The notes under the pieces: generated by a model
Seen by the model: the letters and a program-made list of their open reading frames with translations, nothing else
Databases searched by the model: none
What the model was told of the DNA's origin: nothing
Translations under genes and position numbers: made by a program
NCBI GenBank assembly: GCA_964608835.1
Contig: CAZSPN010000008.1
Coordinates: 3,176-67,175 of the forward strand
DNA length: 64,000 nt
Direction of reading: 5' to 3'
DNA from: an uncultured Gallionella sp.
GTDB taxonomy: Bacteria; Pseudomonadota; Gammaproteobacteria; Burkholderiales; Gallionellaceae
In this document: piece by piece, positions 10,362 to 18,015 of the stretch
Numbering within the stretch: the first letter of the stretch is position 1
How the letters are laid out: every line of letters begins with the position of its first letter

Positions 10362-10591
10362 TCCGCACGCACTGCTTGCTGGTACTCAATGCCGTCAACC
10401 TGCTTAAAAGCGGCAACAGAACCAGAAAATTGCATCAATGCTTGTGCATTCGAGTTCACATTGGGTCGTGCAGATTCTTCTTCAAGCACCACGACCAATT
10501 CATGTCGCCCAAGACGCACAGTCTCTGGTAATTTGAAAGTAACCATTCTGTCTGGCATTACTTCACAATCAATGTTTAACGTAAGCATCAT
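10352..10591 (-). CDS. Antitoxin partner of VapC (family not recognised)
   Basis: 79-aa ORF immediately upstream of and overlapping vapC. Size and position fit a type II antitoxin. Confidence 0.65.
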   Translation of the reverse strand: MMLTLNIDCEVMPDRMVTFKLPETVRLGRHELVVVLEEESARPNVNSNAQALMQFSGSVAAFKQVDGIEYQQAVRAEWN

Positions 10592-10686
10592 TTCTCCTAA
10601 CTTGATTGGGGTAGGTTATATGATTCAAGTCAATTGAGCAATAAACGATTGGAGCTTAGTAGCGCAATTGACAGAGCACCTCACCC

Positions 10687-10721
10687 AAAGAAAAACCCCG
10701 GCATTGCTGCCGGGGTTTTTC
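10687..10721. terminator. Bidirectional rho-independent terminator; intact copy of the 35-nt repeat
   Basis: A5 (10691-10695), then stem CCCCGGCA (10696-10703), loop ttgc, stem TGCCGGGG (10708-10715), then T5 (10716-10720). Lies 3' of the minus-strand gene ending at 10776. Confidence 0.7.
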
Positions 10722-10775
10722 ACTACCAAACTACCGTTTCTAAATTACCACTTCTAAACCGCTTGATACCTAAGC

Positions 10776-12215
10776 TTATTGCAATGTTGACAATGGTTGG
10801 CAAGTGTTACCGAAGTTACCCACGCGCAACACAGGCATAGCCGGGTCGAAGGGAGTGGAAACAGGCCAGCCATTTTCAGACAATGCAGCTACGCCTGGAA
10901 CAGGTGTGCCACCCGCGCCAGAAACGCCCAGAATTGCCGGATCACCGGAGAATTGCTTGAACAATGCATACGCGGCAGCTGTAGCACCGGTCAAATCGCC
11001 ACGGTCTTGCATAGTGGCTTCAACCACAACGTCGTACGCGCCTGTTGCCGCATTTTCTGTAGTAGCCGCAACACCGTTGATCGATGCAAACTGGTAATTG
11101 GAAGTTGTACCACCATCCAGACCCAACACGCCAACCGCGTAACCGCCGGCAGGTAACACCACCGAGTTAGCTGTACCCGCTGCAACCAGATTACCGTTCT
11201 TAACGTTGATCGCACCCAACGCACCAGTGAATGCACCCGCTGCCGTACCGAGTTTGGCGGCTGCCATGCAAGTTTTTACGTTGCCGGAAGAGCTGTTTTC
11301 AACCACCACCACGTTACCCGCTGCCACTGCTGTGGAAGAACCCAACGGTGCAGTAGTTGCCAAGTAGGTCAAAGGCGAAAGCGCGCCGGTCGAGCAAGGT
11401 TGACCAAAGAAACTAGCATTGATTGCAGCTTGCGTACCCGAACCGGCAACACGACGGCATACAATCACAGACTTGTTTGTTGCGGCTGGATCAATCACGC
11501 TCCAATCGGCAATGTTACCGCCCATCAGGCCGGTAGCTTGAGGCTTGGTCAGATTGGTGAACGGTGAACCCGTTGTAGTCACCAGACCCATGACCACACC
11601 CTGGATACCGGAAATTACCAAGCCATCAGGAACGGAACCTGTACCGCCATTGATGCTGGCAGCCAGTGTAGCTGGCTCAACGTCAGAGATACCCGCATCT
11701 GGCACAGCAACAACAGTAGTACCGGCAGTGCCTGTGTTGCAATTCCACAATGGGCGACCTGTAGCGCTATCTGTGCCAACCGAAGCAGCTCCGCAGTTAG
11801 CCATGCTGAGGCGGCTTACGGTGCCATAAGTTGAACCGGCAACCGGGTAAACACCTTGAGTTGAGCCACCCAATGCGGTTTCATAAATGATCAGATTTTT
11901 GCCTATGCCAGAGCCTGATGCTGTTTCCAGATCAGGATATGTTGTGAAATCTGTAGTATCTTTAACCTTGCCGTAGTAAGCGCGATAGTTTTTACCTGTT
12001 GAGGGAGCTGCAGTCGTACCATCAAAGTACACGTCAATCGTGGCGGAATCCATGATTGCACTGGCAGTTTGACCCAGCATAGTTTGCAGCGCGGAGGAAC
12101 CGGACACAAACATTTTTACGGTAGAAGCCGTAACCGGTGTAGTGTTGATATCTAGGGCATAAGCTTGGCTAGTACAAGCCAATGCACATGCAATTGCGAG
12201 AGTCTTCAGTTTCAT
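10776..12215 (-). CDS. Secreted protein, possibly with a PstS-like periplasmic-binding fold; function unknown
   Basis: 479 aa with signal peptide MKLKTLAIACALACTSQAYA. Motifs recall the phosphate-binding-protein fold (FVSGSSALQ, DAGISDVEP, GGNIADWSVI, CRRVAGSGTQ). Otherwise Gly/Ala/Thr/Ser-rich. Lies 93 nt downstream of a PEP-CTERM gene. Confidence 0.5.
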   Translation of the reverse strand: MKLKTLAIACALACTSQAYALDINTTPVTASTVKMFVSGSSALQTMLGQTASAIMDSATIDVYFDGTTAAPSTGKNYRAYYGKVKDTTDFTTYPDLETASGSGIGKNLIIYETALGGSTQGVYPVAGSTYGTVSRLSMANCGAASVGTDSATGRPLWNCNTGTAGTTVVAVPDAGISDVEPATLAASINGGTGSVPDGLVISGIQGVVMGLVTTTGSPFTNLTKPQATGLMGGNIADWSVIDPAATNKSVIVCRRVAGSGTQAAINASFFGQPCSTGALSPLTYLATTAPLGSSTAVAAGNVVVVENSSSGNVKTCMAAAKLGTAAGAFTGALGAINVKNGNLVAAGTANSVVLPAGGYAVGVLGLDGGTTSNYQFASINGVAATTENAATGAYDVVVEATMQDRGDLTGATAAAYALFKQFSGDPAILGVSGAGGTPVPGVAALSENGWPVSTPFDPAMPVLRVGNFGNTCQPLSTLQ

Positions 12216-12308
12216 TTTGATTCCTTTCAGTTAAGGGAAATACAAATCGTTTGTTGTGCCTATCCGGTTACGACAGCGACTACTCTGCCGCAACCGGTGA
12301 GGCGATAT

Positions 12309-13208
12309 TTATGCCAATGTCATGCTGGTATTTTGGTTTCTGCGGCGTGTTGCGATAAAGCCGATCAAACCAAAGCCGGACAACATCAAAGCCCACTCAC
12401 CTGGCTCCGGAACAGCAGCCACGGTGTAAGTCAGGTTACCGTTGCTGGCCAATGTCCAAGTCGAAGCACCTGCAGTGTTGCCAAATTGCGCAACAGAAGC
12501 CTTGGCAATAGTTGAAGTGCTGCTTGGTGTCAGATACCAGAAGTTCAAGGATGAACCCACACCTGCCGTGGTATTAAATGTGGACTTGGCAGACCAGTTA
12601 GTACCAAATTGCACAGAGCCTGAATATGCGGTCAGGTTAGGATTATTGCTCGCACCAGCCAATACAGACATTGCACCACTAGGCAGGATCTGGCTTACCG
12701 ACCCGTAGTACGCGCCGGTATTGCCTGAGCCGCCAAACTGATTCAAGTTGGAGTTGGCTTGGGAAGATGACAAGGAGTTAGTAGCACTCTTGATATTCAC
12801 GTTGGTTGTGGACAAATACTGCTGTCCCTTGAAACCTGTACCCACGCTGTCGCCACCTGTCACGTTCCAAATTGTGCTGGCCATGTTTACACCGGACAAA
12901 AAGGAAGTCAGCAAAGTATCTGCTGTAAACGAGGTAGTGCTAGCCATGCCTGAACCTGCTGTCAAAGCTGTTGAGGTACCTGTTACGCCATCGAAGAAAG
13001 ACGATGCAGCAATGCCCAAATCACGTGTGTAAGACACTTGGTTGACGGTATCCCAGATAGACAAAACCAGGTTTGAACCGCTACCTGCCACATTACCCGC
13101 AGCCGTATTGGACAAGCCGGTCATGTCGATGTTTGCAGCGTTTGCCTGACCTGCAACAACCAGGGTCAAAGCAGCAGCCAGCACTGTTTGTTTCAAATTC
13201 AATTTCAT
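12309..13208 (-). CDS. PEP-CTERM sorting-domain protein (Ser/Thr/Asn/Gly-rich cargo)
   Basis: Signal peptide MKLNLKQTVLAAALTLVVAGQANA. C-terminus is AVPEPGEWALMLSGFGLIGFIATRRRNQ, i.e. PEP motif, TM helix and Arg cluster. AAGGAG lies 8 nt before the ATG. Confidence 0.9.
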   Translation of the reverse strand: MKLNLKQTVLAAALTLVVAGQANAANIDMTGLSNTAAGNVAGSGSNLVLSIWDTVNQVSYTRDLGIAASSFFDGVTGTSTALTAGSGMASTTSFTADTLLTSFLSGVNMASTIWNVTGGDSVGTGFKGQQYLSTTNVNIKSATNSLSSSQANSNLNQFGGSGNTGAYYGSVSQILPSGAMSVLAGASNNPNLTAYSGSVQFGTNWSAKSTFNTTAGVGSSLNFWYLTPSSTSTIAKASVAQFGNTAGASTWTLASNGNLTYTVAAVPEPGEWALMLSGFGLIGFIATRRRNQNTSMTLA

Positions 13209-13600
13209 TGTAGAACTCCTTTAGTAAGGACACCCCTGAGAGAGCATCATTTTAAAAAGGCTTCGAACCCGTGAAGGCATCTTAGCCAAGATATTAAGCA
13301 GGTCATCAATGCACCGACTTCCTGCCACTACTTGGCAACCCGGCTATCTTCTCTGTGGGTGAAGATCCGTGGCTTTCCGGCCCCGCCTCGCAACGGGTGT
13401 GGCTTTGCTTTTAGACTGCACCAGTTTCTGCGCACTCTGGAACGACAAGATACAAACCTTTTATTGCAACAGCGTGTGTGAATCACTCAATTGATATAGG
13501 CTGTTCGGCTTATTTTTAGGTTACCTTGCACGCCCCCACCAACCGAACGGCAAAATAGCGGATGAGTATTAAAATTGATTGAATTTGGAATTGAAATGAG

Positions 13601-13616
13601 TAGTCCGAACGGCTCA
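13601..13616. promoter_or_regulatory. PEP-CTERM box copy (TAGTCCGAACGGCTCA)
   Basis: Matches the 16-bp palindrome family. Lies 392 nt upstream of the 13208 start. Weaker related cores are at 13497-13512 (TAGGCTGTTCGGCTTA) and 13543-13550 (CCGAACGG). Confidence 0.45.
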
Positions 13617-13732
13617 TTTTTGATGTAACTATTGACCCCGTAGTGAACTGTCCGTAACTCAAACGCTCCCTCTCTCATTACTCGATAAACAATGGCAATA
13701 GATTTGGCACGGTTTACCCGTGATACAGACAT

Positions 13733-13757
13733 CACCTCTCCCCTTGTGGGAGAGGTG
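13733..13757 (-). terminator. GC-rich hairpin 3' of the pseudopilin-like gene (no U-tract)
   Basis: Perfect 10-bp inverted repeat CACCTCTCCC (13733-13742) / GGGAGAGGTG (13748-13757) with a 5-nt loop. It is not followed by a T-run on the minus strand, so terminator function is uncertain. Confidence 0.35.
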
Positions 13758-13840
13758 TGGGAAGGAGGAATAGACTCCTCGAAAGCTTACAGTTCAAATC
13801 AGCGAATAAATCATGCTGAGCCAATAAGCAATGAAGTTTT

Positions 13841-14653
13841 TTACTGGTACTGCACCGCCAACGGCGATAACATTTTTCCGCCCAGACACGCGGCATATCG
13901 GCTCGCCGCCGAAGCCAGACAAGTAGCACCCACCGCATCGCCGAATTTTTTGGATAACCTGAAACAGATACCCAAGTCATTGCCGTGCATCACGTCGCAC
14001 ACGCGTTTTCTGCGCTCATCGGCAGTGTGTGTTTTGGGCTGCTGAGGTGGCGGTGCGACATATTCCGGTGGAATAATTTCAGCGGGTGGCGGTTTGGGTG
14101 TTGTGTTGCCGCCCTGATTGGCGACAACAGCGGGCAACGAGACTTGGGTGTAAATAAATTTCCAGTCCGAATAATGTTGTTTGTCCGCAAACGAAGCAAA
14201 TTCCTGGTCGAAATTTGCCACTTTGATCGGCTTGGTTTCCGACTTGCTGTACACACCCACGATGCCACTGTTGGCATCTTTTATCAGCCCCCATTCAACG
14301 CTCGCGGTAAAGGGATCAAAAAAGATTTTGCGTAAATGACGCTGAATCGTGGCGGCCCGCCTGTCTTCCACCAAATCGTCTAATTTTTTCGGCAATTGTT
14401 TTGGCTGACCGGTGAGAGGGTTTTCATAGGCATAATAAGAGCTGATGGCTTGCATGAATTGCTTGCCGACAAACAGCAGTTGCTTTTCCTTGTCGCGCTG
14501 CTGAGTCTGCGATGTAACCGTGGCAATCAATGCCAACGAGACTCCCATCAGGGCAACCGCAAACAACACACCGATATAAGTGAATCCGGCGTTGAGACGA
14601 GCGGGGCGGGTCAAACCAAAGCTACTGAACAGCGACACCCAGATTCTCTTCAA
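13841..14653 (-). CDS. Prepilin-type N-terminal-motif protein (pseudopilin-like) with a Pro-rich linker and a 4-Cys C-terminal domain
   Basis: 270 aa. ...RLNAGFTYIGVLFAVALMGVSLALI resembles the prepilin cleavage/methylation motif, but has Gly instead of Glu at +5. PKPPPAEIIPPEYVAPPPQQP linker. C-terminal Cys x4 (VCDV, GICF, ATCL, AACL). Overlaps dsbC-like by 32 nt. Confidence 0.65.
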   Translation of the reverse strand: MKRIWVSLFSSFGLTRPARLNAGFTYIGVLFAVALMGVSLALIATVTSQTQQRDKEKQLLFVGKQFMQAISSYYAYENPLTGQPKQLPKKLDDLVEDRRAATIQRHLRKIFFDPFTASVEWGLIKDANSGIVGVYSKSETKPIKVANFDQEFASFADKQHYSDWKFIYTQVSLPAVVANQGGNTTPKPPPAEIIPPEYVAPPPQQPKTHTADERRKRVCDVMHGNDLGICFRLSKKFGDAVGATCLASAASRYAACLGGKMLSPLAVQYQ

Positions 14654-15338
14654 TTATCTCATGCGGCTGATTGCCAAACAGCAATTTTCCGCTGGTGAAG
14701 ATCACGCCCGGCGTACCATTGATCCAATTGCCGGCGGCAAATTCGGCGAGTTGCTTGATGGGCGTTTCGCAATTTGTGTTGCTATCCTCGGGTTCTTTCT
14801 GGCGCACCAGCATATCTTCCCAAGCCCGTGCTCTGTCCTTTGCACACCATACCAATTGTGCCTTGCGCAACGAGTCGGGGTGAATATCCGCGAGCGGCAG
14901 TAAGAAGGTGTAGATGGTGACATCGGTCACACTTTCCAGTTCCTTTTCTATTCCCTGACAGAACGGGCACTCCGGATCCGAAAACAGCGCGAGTTTGCGC
15001 GCACCGGTTCCCTTGACTCTGACAATCGCTTTATCCAAAGGTAACTTTGCAAAATCGACCACGGTGAGTTTTTCTTTTTCCAACTGGGTCAAATTGATTT
15101 TGCTTTTGATGTTAACCAGATTGCCAAACAAACCCACTTCGCCTTTTTCATCGGTATAAGCGATATTCGCGCCGTTAAACGCCACCTGGTAAAGCCCGGC
15201 GTAAGGCAGTTTGGTAATCACCCCGACTTTAACATCGGGTAAATTCTTGGCGAACGATTCTCTGATTTCCATTTCTCCCGCTTGCGCCAGGCATGAAAAA
15301 CCAATCAGCATCAATCCCATTAAACTTTTGCTAAACAC
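14622..15338 (-). CDS. DsbC/DsbG-family periplasmic thiol:disulfide isomerase
   Basis: 238 aa. Signal peptide MFSKSLMGLMLIGFSCLAQA, N-terminal dimerisation-like region, thioredoxin fold with CPFC active site (FSDPECPFCQ). Confidence 0.85.
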   Translation of the reverse strand: MFSKSLMGLMLIGFSCLAQAGEMEIRESFAKNLPDVKVGVITKLPYAGLYQVAFNGANIAYTDEKGEVGLFGNLVNIKSKINLTQLEKEKLTVVDFAKLPLDKAIVRVKGTGARKLALFSDPECPFCQGIEKELESVTDVTIYTFLLPLADIHPDSLRKAQLVWCAKDRARAWEDMLVRQKEPEDSNTNCETPIKQLAEFAAGNWINGTPGVIFTSGKLLFGNQPHEIIEENLGVAVQ

Positions 15339-15373
15339 TTTTCACTCCTCAATACTGATATGTGGCATTGCCA

Positions 15374-16207
15374 CTATTTGGTTTTCAGAATTCCGAGGTC
15401 GATGGCTCTGGCAACCGCGTGTCCCCGCGTTTTTGCATTCAATTTTTTGAGGATATTCTGCACGTGGTTTTTCACTGTCAGCGGGCTGATAAACAGTTCA
15501 TCGGCAATGGTCTGATTGGTTTTACCCACTTTGATGAGGTTGATAATTTGAATTTCGCGCGCGCCCAATGATGCGGTTTCAGATGTATTAACTTCAATCG
15601 GGACGGGCTTGTGTACAACGATGCGGGCGAGTGCCGAGTCAAGAATAGGCAGCAACTCTTCCAGTATGTGGAGCAATCTCGCACTCAACACCTCTGTTAC
15701 ACCGGAGAAGTAAAAATAACTCTTCATCTGACCGTCCGCACTGCATAACCCATGCGCCACGATATTTTCCAATTCATAACGCTTTAGCATGTTTACCCAG
15801 GTGTGATCGAAATCGCCTATCGTTGTTTTCTGGCTGATGATGCAGCCTTTGCCAGATTTTCTGGCCCGATCTATCATTTTCAACAGCAGACTGTCTTCAG
15901 ACTGGCACAACTCTGAAAACTCCTCCTTTTTGAATTGTGGGTTGCTCGAAAAGGTGTAGAACCGTGGATACGGAACTATCTCCGACCAGATGGCGCACAT
16001 CAGTACTTCATGCGGCATCAAATACTGCAACTCGCACTGCGCCCAATTAAAAAACTGTTGCTCATTCGACACGCGTAGCGAACCGTTGACGATGGCAACC
16101 AGCCGATCCTGATCTTCCCCCTCCAGGGTTTTTCGCGCTTCAATAAGATGGTTCATATTATCTGCCCCCATCTTTTGATATGCTGAGGTTGTGTCCGTCA
16201 AAATCAT
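15374..16207 (-). CDS. epsA: LuxR-family transcriptional regulator, EpsA type (XrtB/PEP-CTERM-associated)
   Basis: 277 aa. C-terminal GerE/LuxR HTH (LGAREIQIINLIKVGKTNQTIADELFISPLTVKNHVQNILKKLNAKTRGHAVARAI) with a ~200-aa N-terminal domain. Located inside an XrtB-type locus. Confidence 0.8.
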   Translation of the reverse strand: MILTDTTSAYQKMGADNMNHLIEARKTLEGEDQDRLVAIVNGSLRVSNEQQFFNWAQCELQYLMPHEVLMCAIWSEIVPYPRFYTFSSNPQFKKEEFSELCQSEDSLLLKMIDRARKSGKGCIISQKTTIGDFDHTWVNMLKRYELENIVAHGLCSADGQMKSYFYFSGVTEVLSARLLHILEELLPILDSALARIVVHKPVPIEVNTSETASLGAREIQIINLIKVGKTNQTIADELFISPLTVKNHVQNILKKLNAKTRGHAVARAIDLGILKTK

Positions 16208-16210
16208 TTA

Positions 16211-16972
16211 TCAATTCACCACGCCCAATTTTGCAAGTTGCGCGACGATCATGGGTCTGTCCAAAACTTCCGCCCAATGGAATGGTGTGTATCCATTTAC
16301 CGGGCTGTAAGTATTCGCTCCCGCTTGAATCAGGCGTTGCGCCACATCGTCGTGACCTTCATAGATTGCCCAATAGAGCGGCGTCGTACCCTGACCTTCG
16401 ATCAGATTTACATCCGCACCGTGAGCCAGCAAAGCGTCCACATATTCCAAACGACCCAACTGCGCGGCAAGCACTAACGGTGGCTCACCGCGCTCGCTTC
16501 TCATGTTCACATCCGCACCCGCTTGAAGTAGCAGCTCAACATTTTCATCACGCTGAAAACGTATCGCACTCGCAAGTGGCGTGCCGCCAGAGTCATCCAG
16601 TACATCCAGCCGTGCACCCGCTTTGATGAGCATCTTGAGAACTTCAGTATCACGACGCATTGCTGCTGCACCAATAACGCTGTAACCCAGACTACCTTTG
16701 ACGTTAACGTCCGAACCCAATTCAATCAATCGACGCACCATATCCCGATTGGAGTAATACGAGGCTACCAAAATGGCACTATTCCCCCCCTTGTCCAGCG
16801 CGTTGGGATTGGCTCCAAACTCAAGCATCATCTTGAATATTCTCAGGTCACCCCGTGCCGACGCTTCAATCAAATTGAGATCATCATCTGTTGTCGCCGA
16901 GGCAGATTTAATACCGATACAAAGACTAAAAATCAGTACGCCAAAGGCAGCAAATAATTGCTTAACGTTCAT
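16211..16972 (-). CDS. Secreted ankyrin-repeat protein
   Basis: 253 aa. Signal peptide MNVKQLFAAFGVLIFSLCIGIKSASA. About 6 ankyrin repeats (GGNSAILVASYYSNRDMVRRLIELGSDVN, GGTPLASAIRFQRDENVELLLQAGADVN, GTTPLYWAIYEGHDDVAQRLIQAGAN). Its stop lies 3 nt before the epsA start. Confidence 0.88.
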   Translation of the reverse strand: MNVKQLFAAFGVLIFSLCIGIKSASATTDDDLNLIEASARGDLRIFKMMLEFGANPNALDKGGNSAILVASYYSNRDMVRRLIELGSDVNVKGSLGYSVIGAAAMRRDTEVLKMLIKAGARLDVLDDSGGTPLASAIRFQRDENVELLLQAGADVNMRSERGEPPLVLAAQLGRLEYVDALLAHGADVNLIEGQGTTPLYWAIYEGHDDVAQRLIQAGANTYSPVNGYTPFHWAEVLDRPMIVAQLAKLGVVN

Positions 16973-17129
16973 AAGTTATGCGGCAGGATTATCTTAATAA
17001 CCAAATCATTTTAGCCATCATTCATGTCAATTAGATTAAGACTTTGTGACATTCGCTTTACTTAATTTAACCGGCGTAATTCAATTTGGTTGAGTATCGT
17101 CATTGCGATAATTGGGTGTACAAACAATA

Positions 17130-17155
17130 ACGGCGAAGCTCGAAAACTTCGCCGT
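17130..17155 (-). terminator. Hairpin terminator 3' of the PEP-CTERM gene 17199..17780
   Basis: ACGGCGAAG (17130-17138) / CTTCGCCGT (17147-17155) with an 8-nt loop. T-rich on both sides (gtattattt on +, ttattgtttg on -). Confidence 0.5.
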
Positions 17156-17198
17156 ATTATTTACATTGCATAGGCTCGGAAAAACTATCGACCTAGTA

Positions 17199-17780
17199 TT
17201 AAGACGCAGAAAATCCCGCATGATGCTTACGACGGTTTGCGATAAACCCAATCAGTCCAAAACCCGCCAGAATCATCGCCCACTCACTCGCTTCCGGAAC
17301 AGCCACGATATTCAATATGCCTGTGTAGCTGCCTCCCGAGGTGCCGGAAATATTTCCAGAAACATGCAAAATATAGTTACCCGCCGTCAGCATAATTGGA
17401 TTGATGATTGCGGACGATGCCGTCCAACCCGCACCATTAAAACTCAACAAATTACTGGTCGCCATCAAAGTCCCGCTCGGTATGCCGCTCACGACATTTG
17501 TTCCGCCATACAAGCTGGTCTGAAGGCTATTGATGCCGAAAATACTTCCCAGGCTAATTGTGGAGGTAATTGAGTCCGTTGAAGCAGCGGGAATACTGAA
17601 CAAGTAATTGTCATTGAACTGCCCAACCGAGTTAGCAAATGTATTGCCAATAGTCAGCTGTGACGGAGGCAACTGATTTCCAAGATTTGTGTCCGCCGCC
17701 CTAACTTGTCCCGAAACGGCAAAAAAAGCCAATATGCCTAGAGCTGCATGTCGCATTAAAGTTGATCGTTCTTTTTTCAT
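17199..17780 (-). CDS. PEP-CTERM sorting-domain protein (paralogue of the N-terminal half of 29707..31086)
   Basis: 193 aa. Signal peptide ...LGILAFFAVSGQVRA. C-terminus AVPEASEWAMILAGFGLIGFIANRRKHHAGFSAS. Confidence 0.9.
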   Translation of the reverse strand: MKKERSTLMRHAALGILAFFAVSGQVRAADTNLGNQLPPSQLTIGNTFANSVGQFNDNYLFSIPAASTDSITSTISLGSIFGINSLQTSLYGGTNVVSGIPSGTLMATSNLLSFNGAGWTASSAIINPIMLTAGNYILHVSGNISGTSGGSYTGILNIVAVPEASEWAMILAGFGLIGFIANRRKHHAGFSAS

Positions 17781-17906
17781 AGATTTTTCCAGTATGTGTG
17801 TGAGCTATAAAATCGGCCAAATAAAAATGACTCTTATTGGTGCTCCCATAACTGTCACTCTACAAATTTAATGTTAAGAATAATGCAGTGTGTAGCGATT
17901 GCAATG

Positions 17907-17922
17907 TAGTCCGAAAGGACTA
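17907..17922. promoter_or_regulatory. PEP-CTERM box (TAGTCCGAAAGGACTA, perfect 6+6 palindrome)
   Basis: 126 nt separate it from the 17780 start. On the coding-sense strand, CATTAT follows after 21 nt, then ...TGTAGAGTGAC. Confidence 0.55.
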
Positions 17923-18015
17923 TTTTGCGAGAATTCAGCAGAAATGCGTGTTGCTAAAAAGCTAGGATTGTTTGTCCGATAATACTCGCCACAAACGGAA
18001 TTATTCGGCACTTCC

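Noticed and set aside
13487-14045. ORFs 13487..13735 (-), 13692..14045 (+) and 13732..13980 (-) in or next to the long leader region.
   Set aside because: No RBS or motifs, and odd composition. The + ORF and 13732..13980 overlap the well-supported pseudopilin-like gene. The region is better explained as regulatory or leader DNA.
17803-17819. Possible sigma-54 promoter (sense strand TGGCCGATTTTATAGC) upstream of cargo gene 17199..17780.
   Set aside because: The GG-to-GC spacing is one nucleotide longer than the TGGCAC-N5-TTGC consensus. The -12 element is poor and no equivalent exists at the other cargo promoters.
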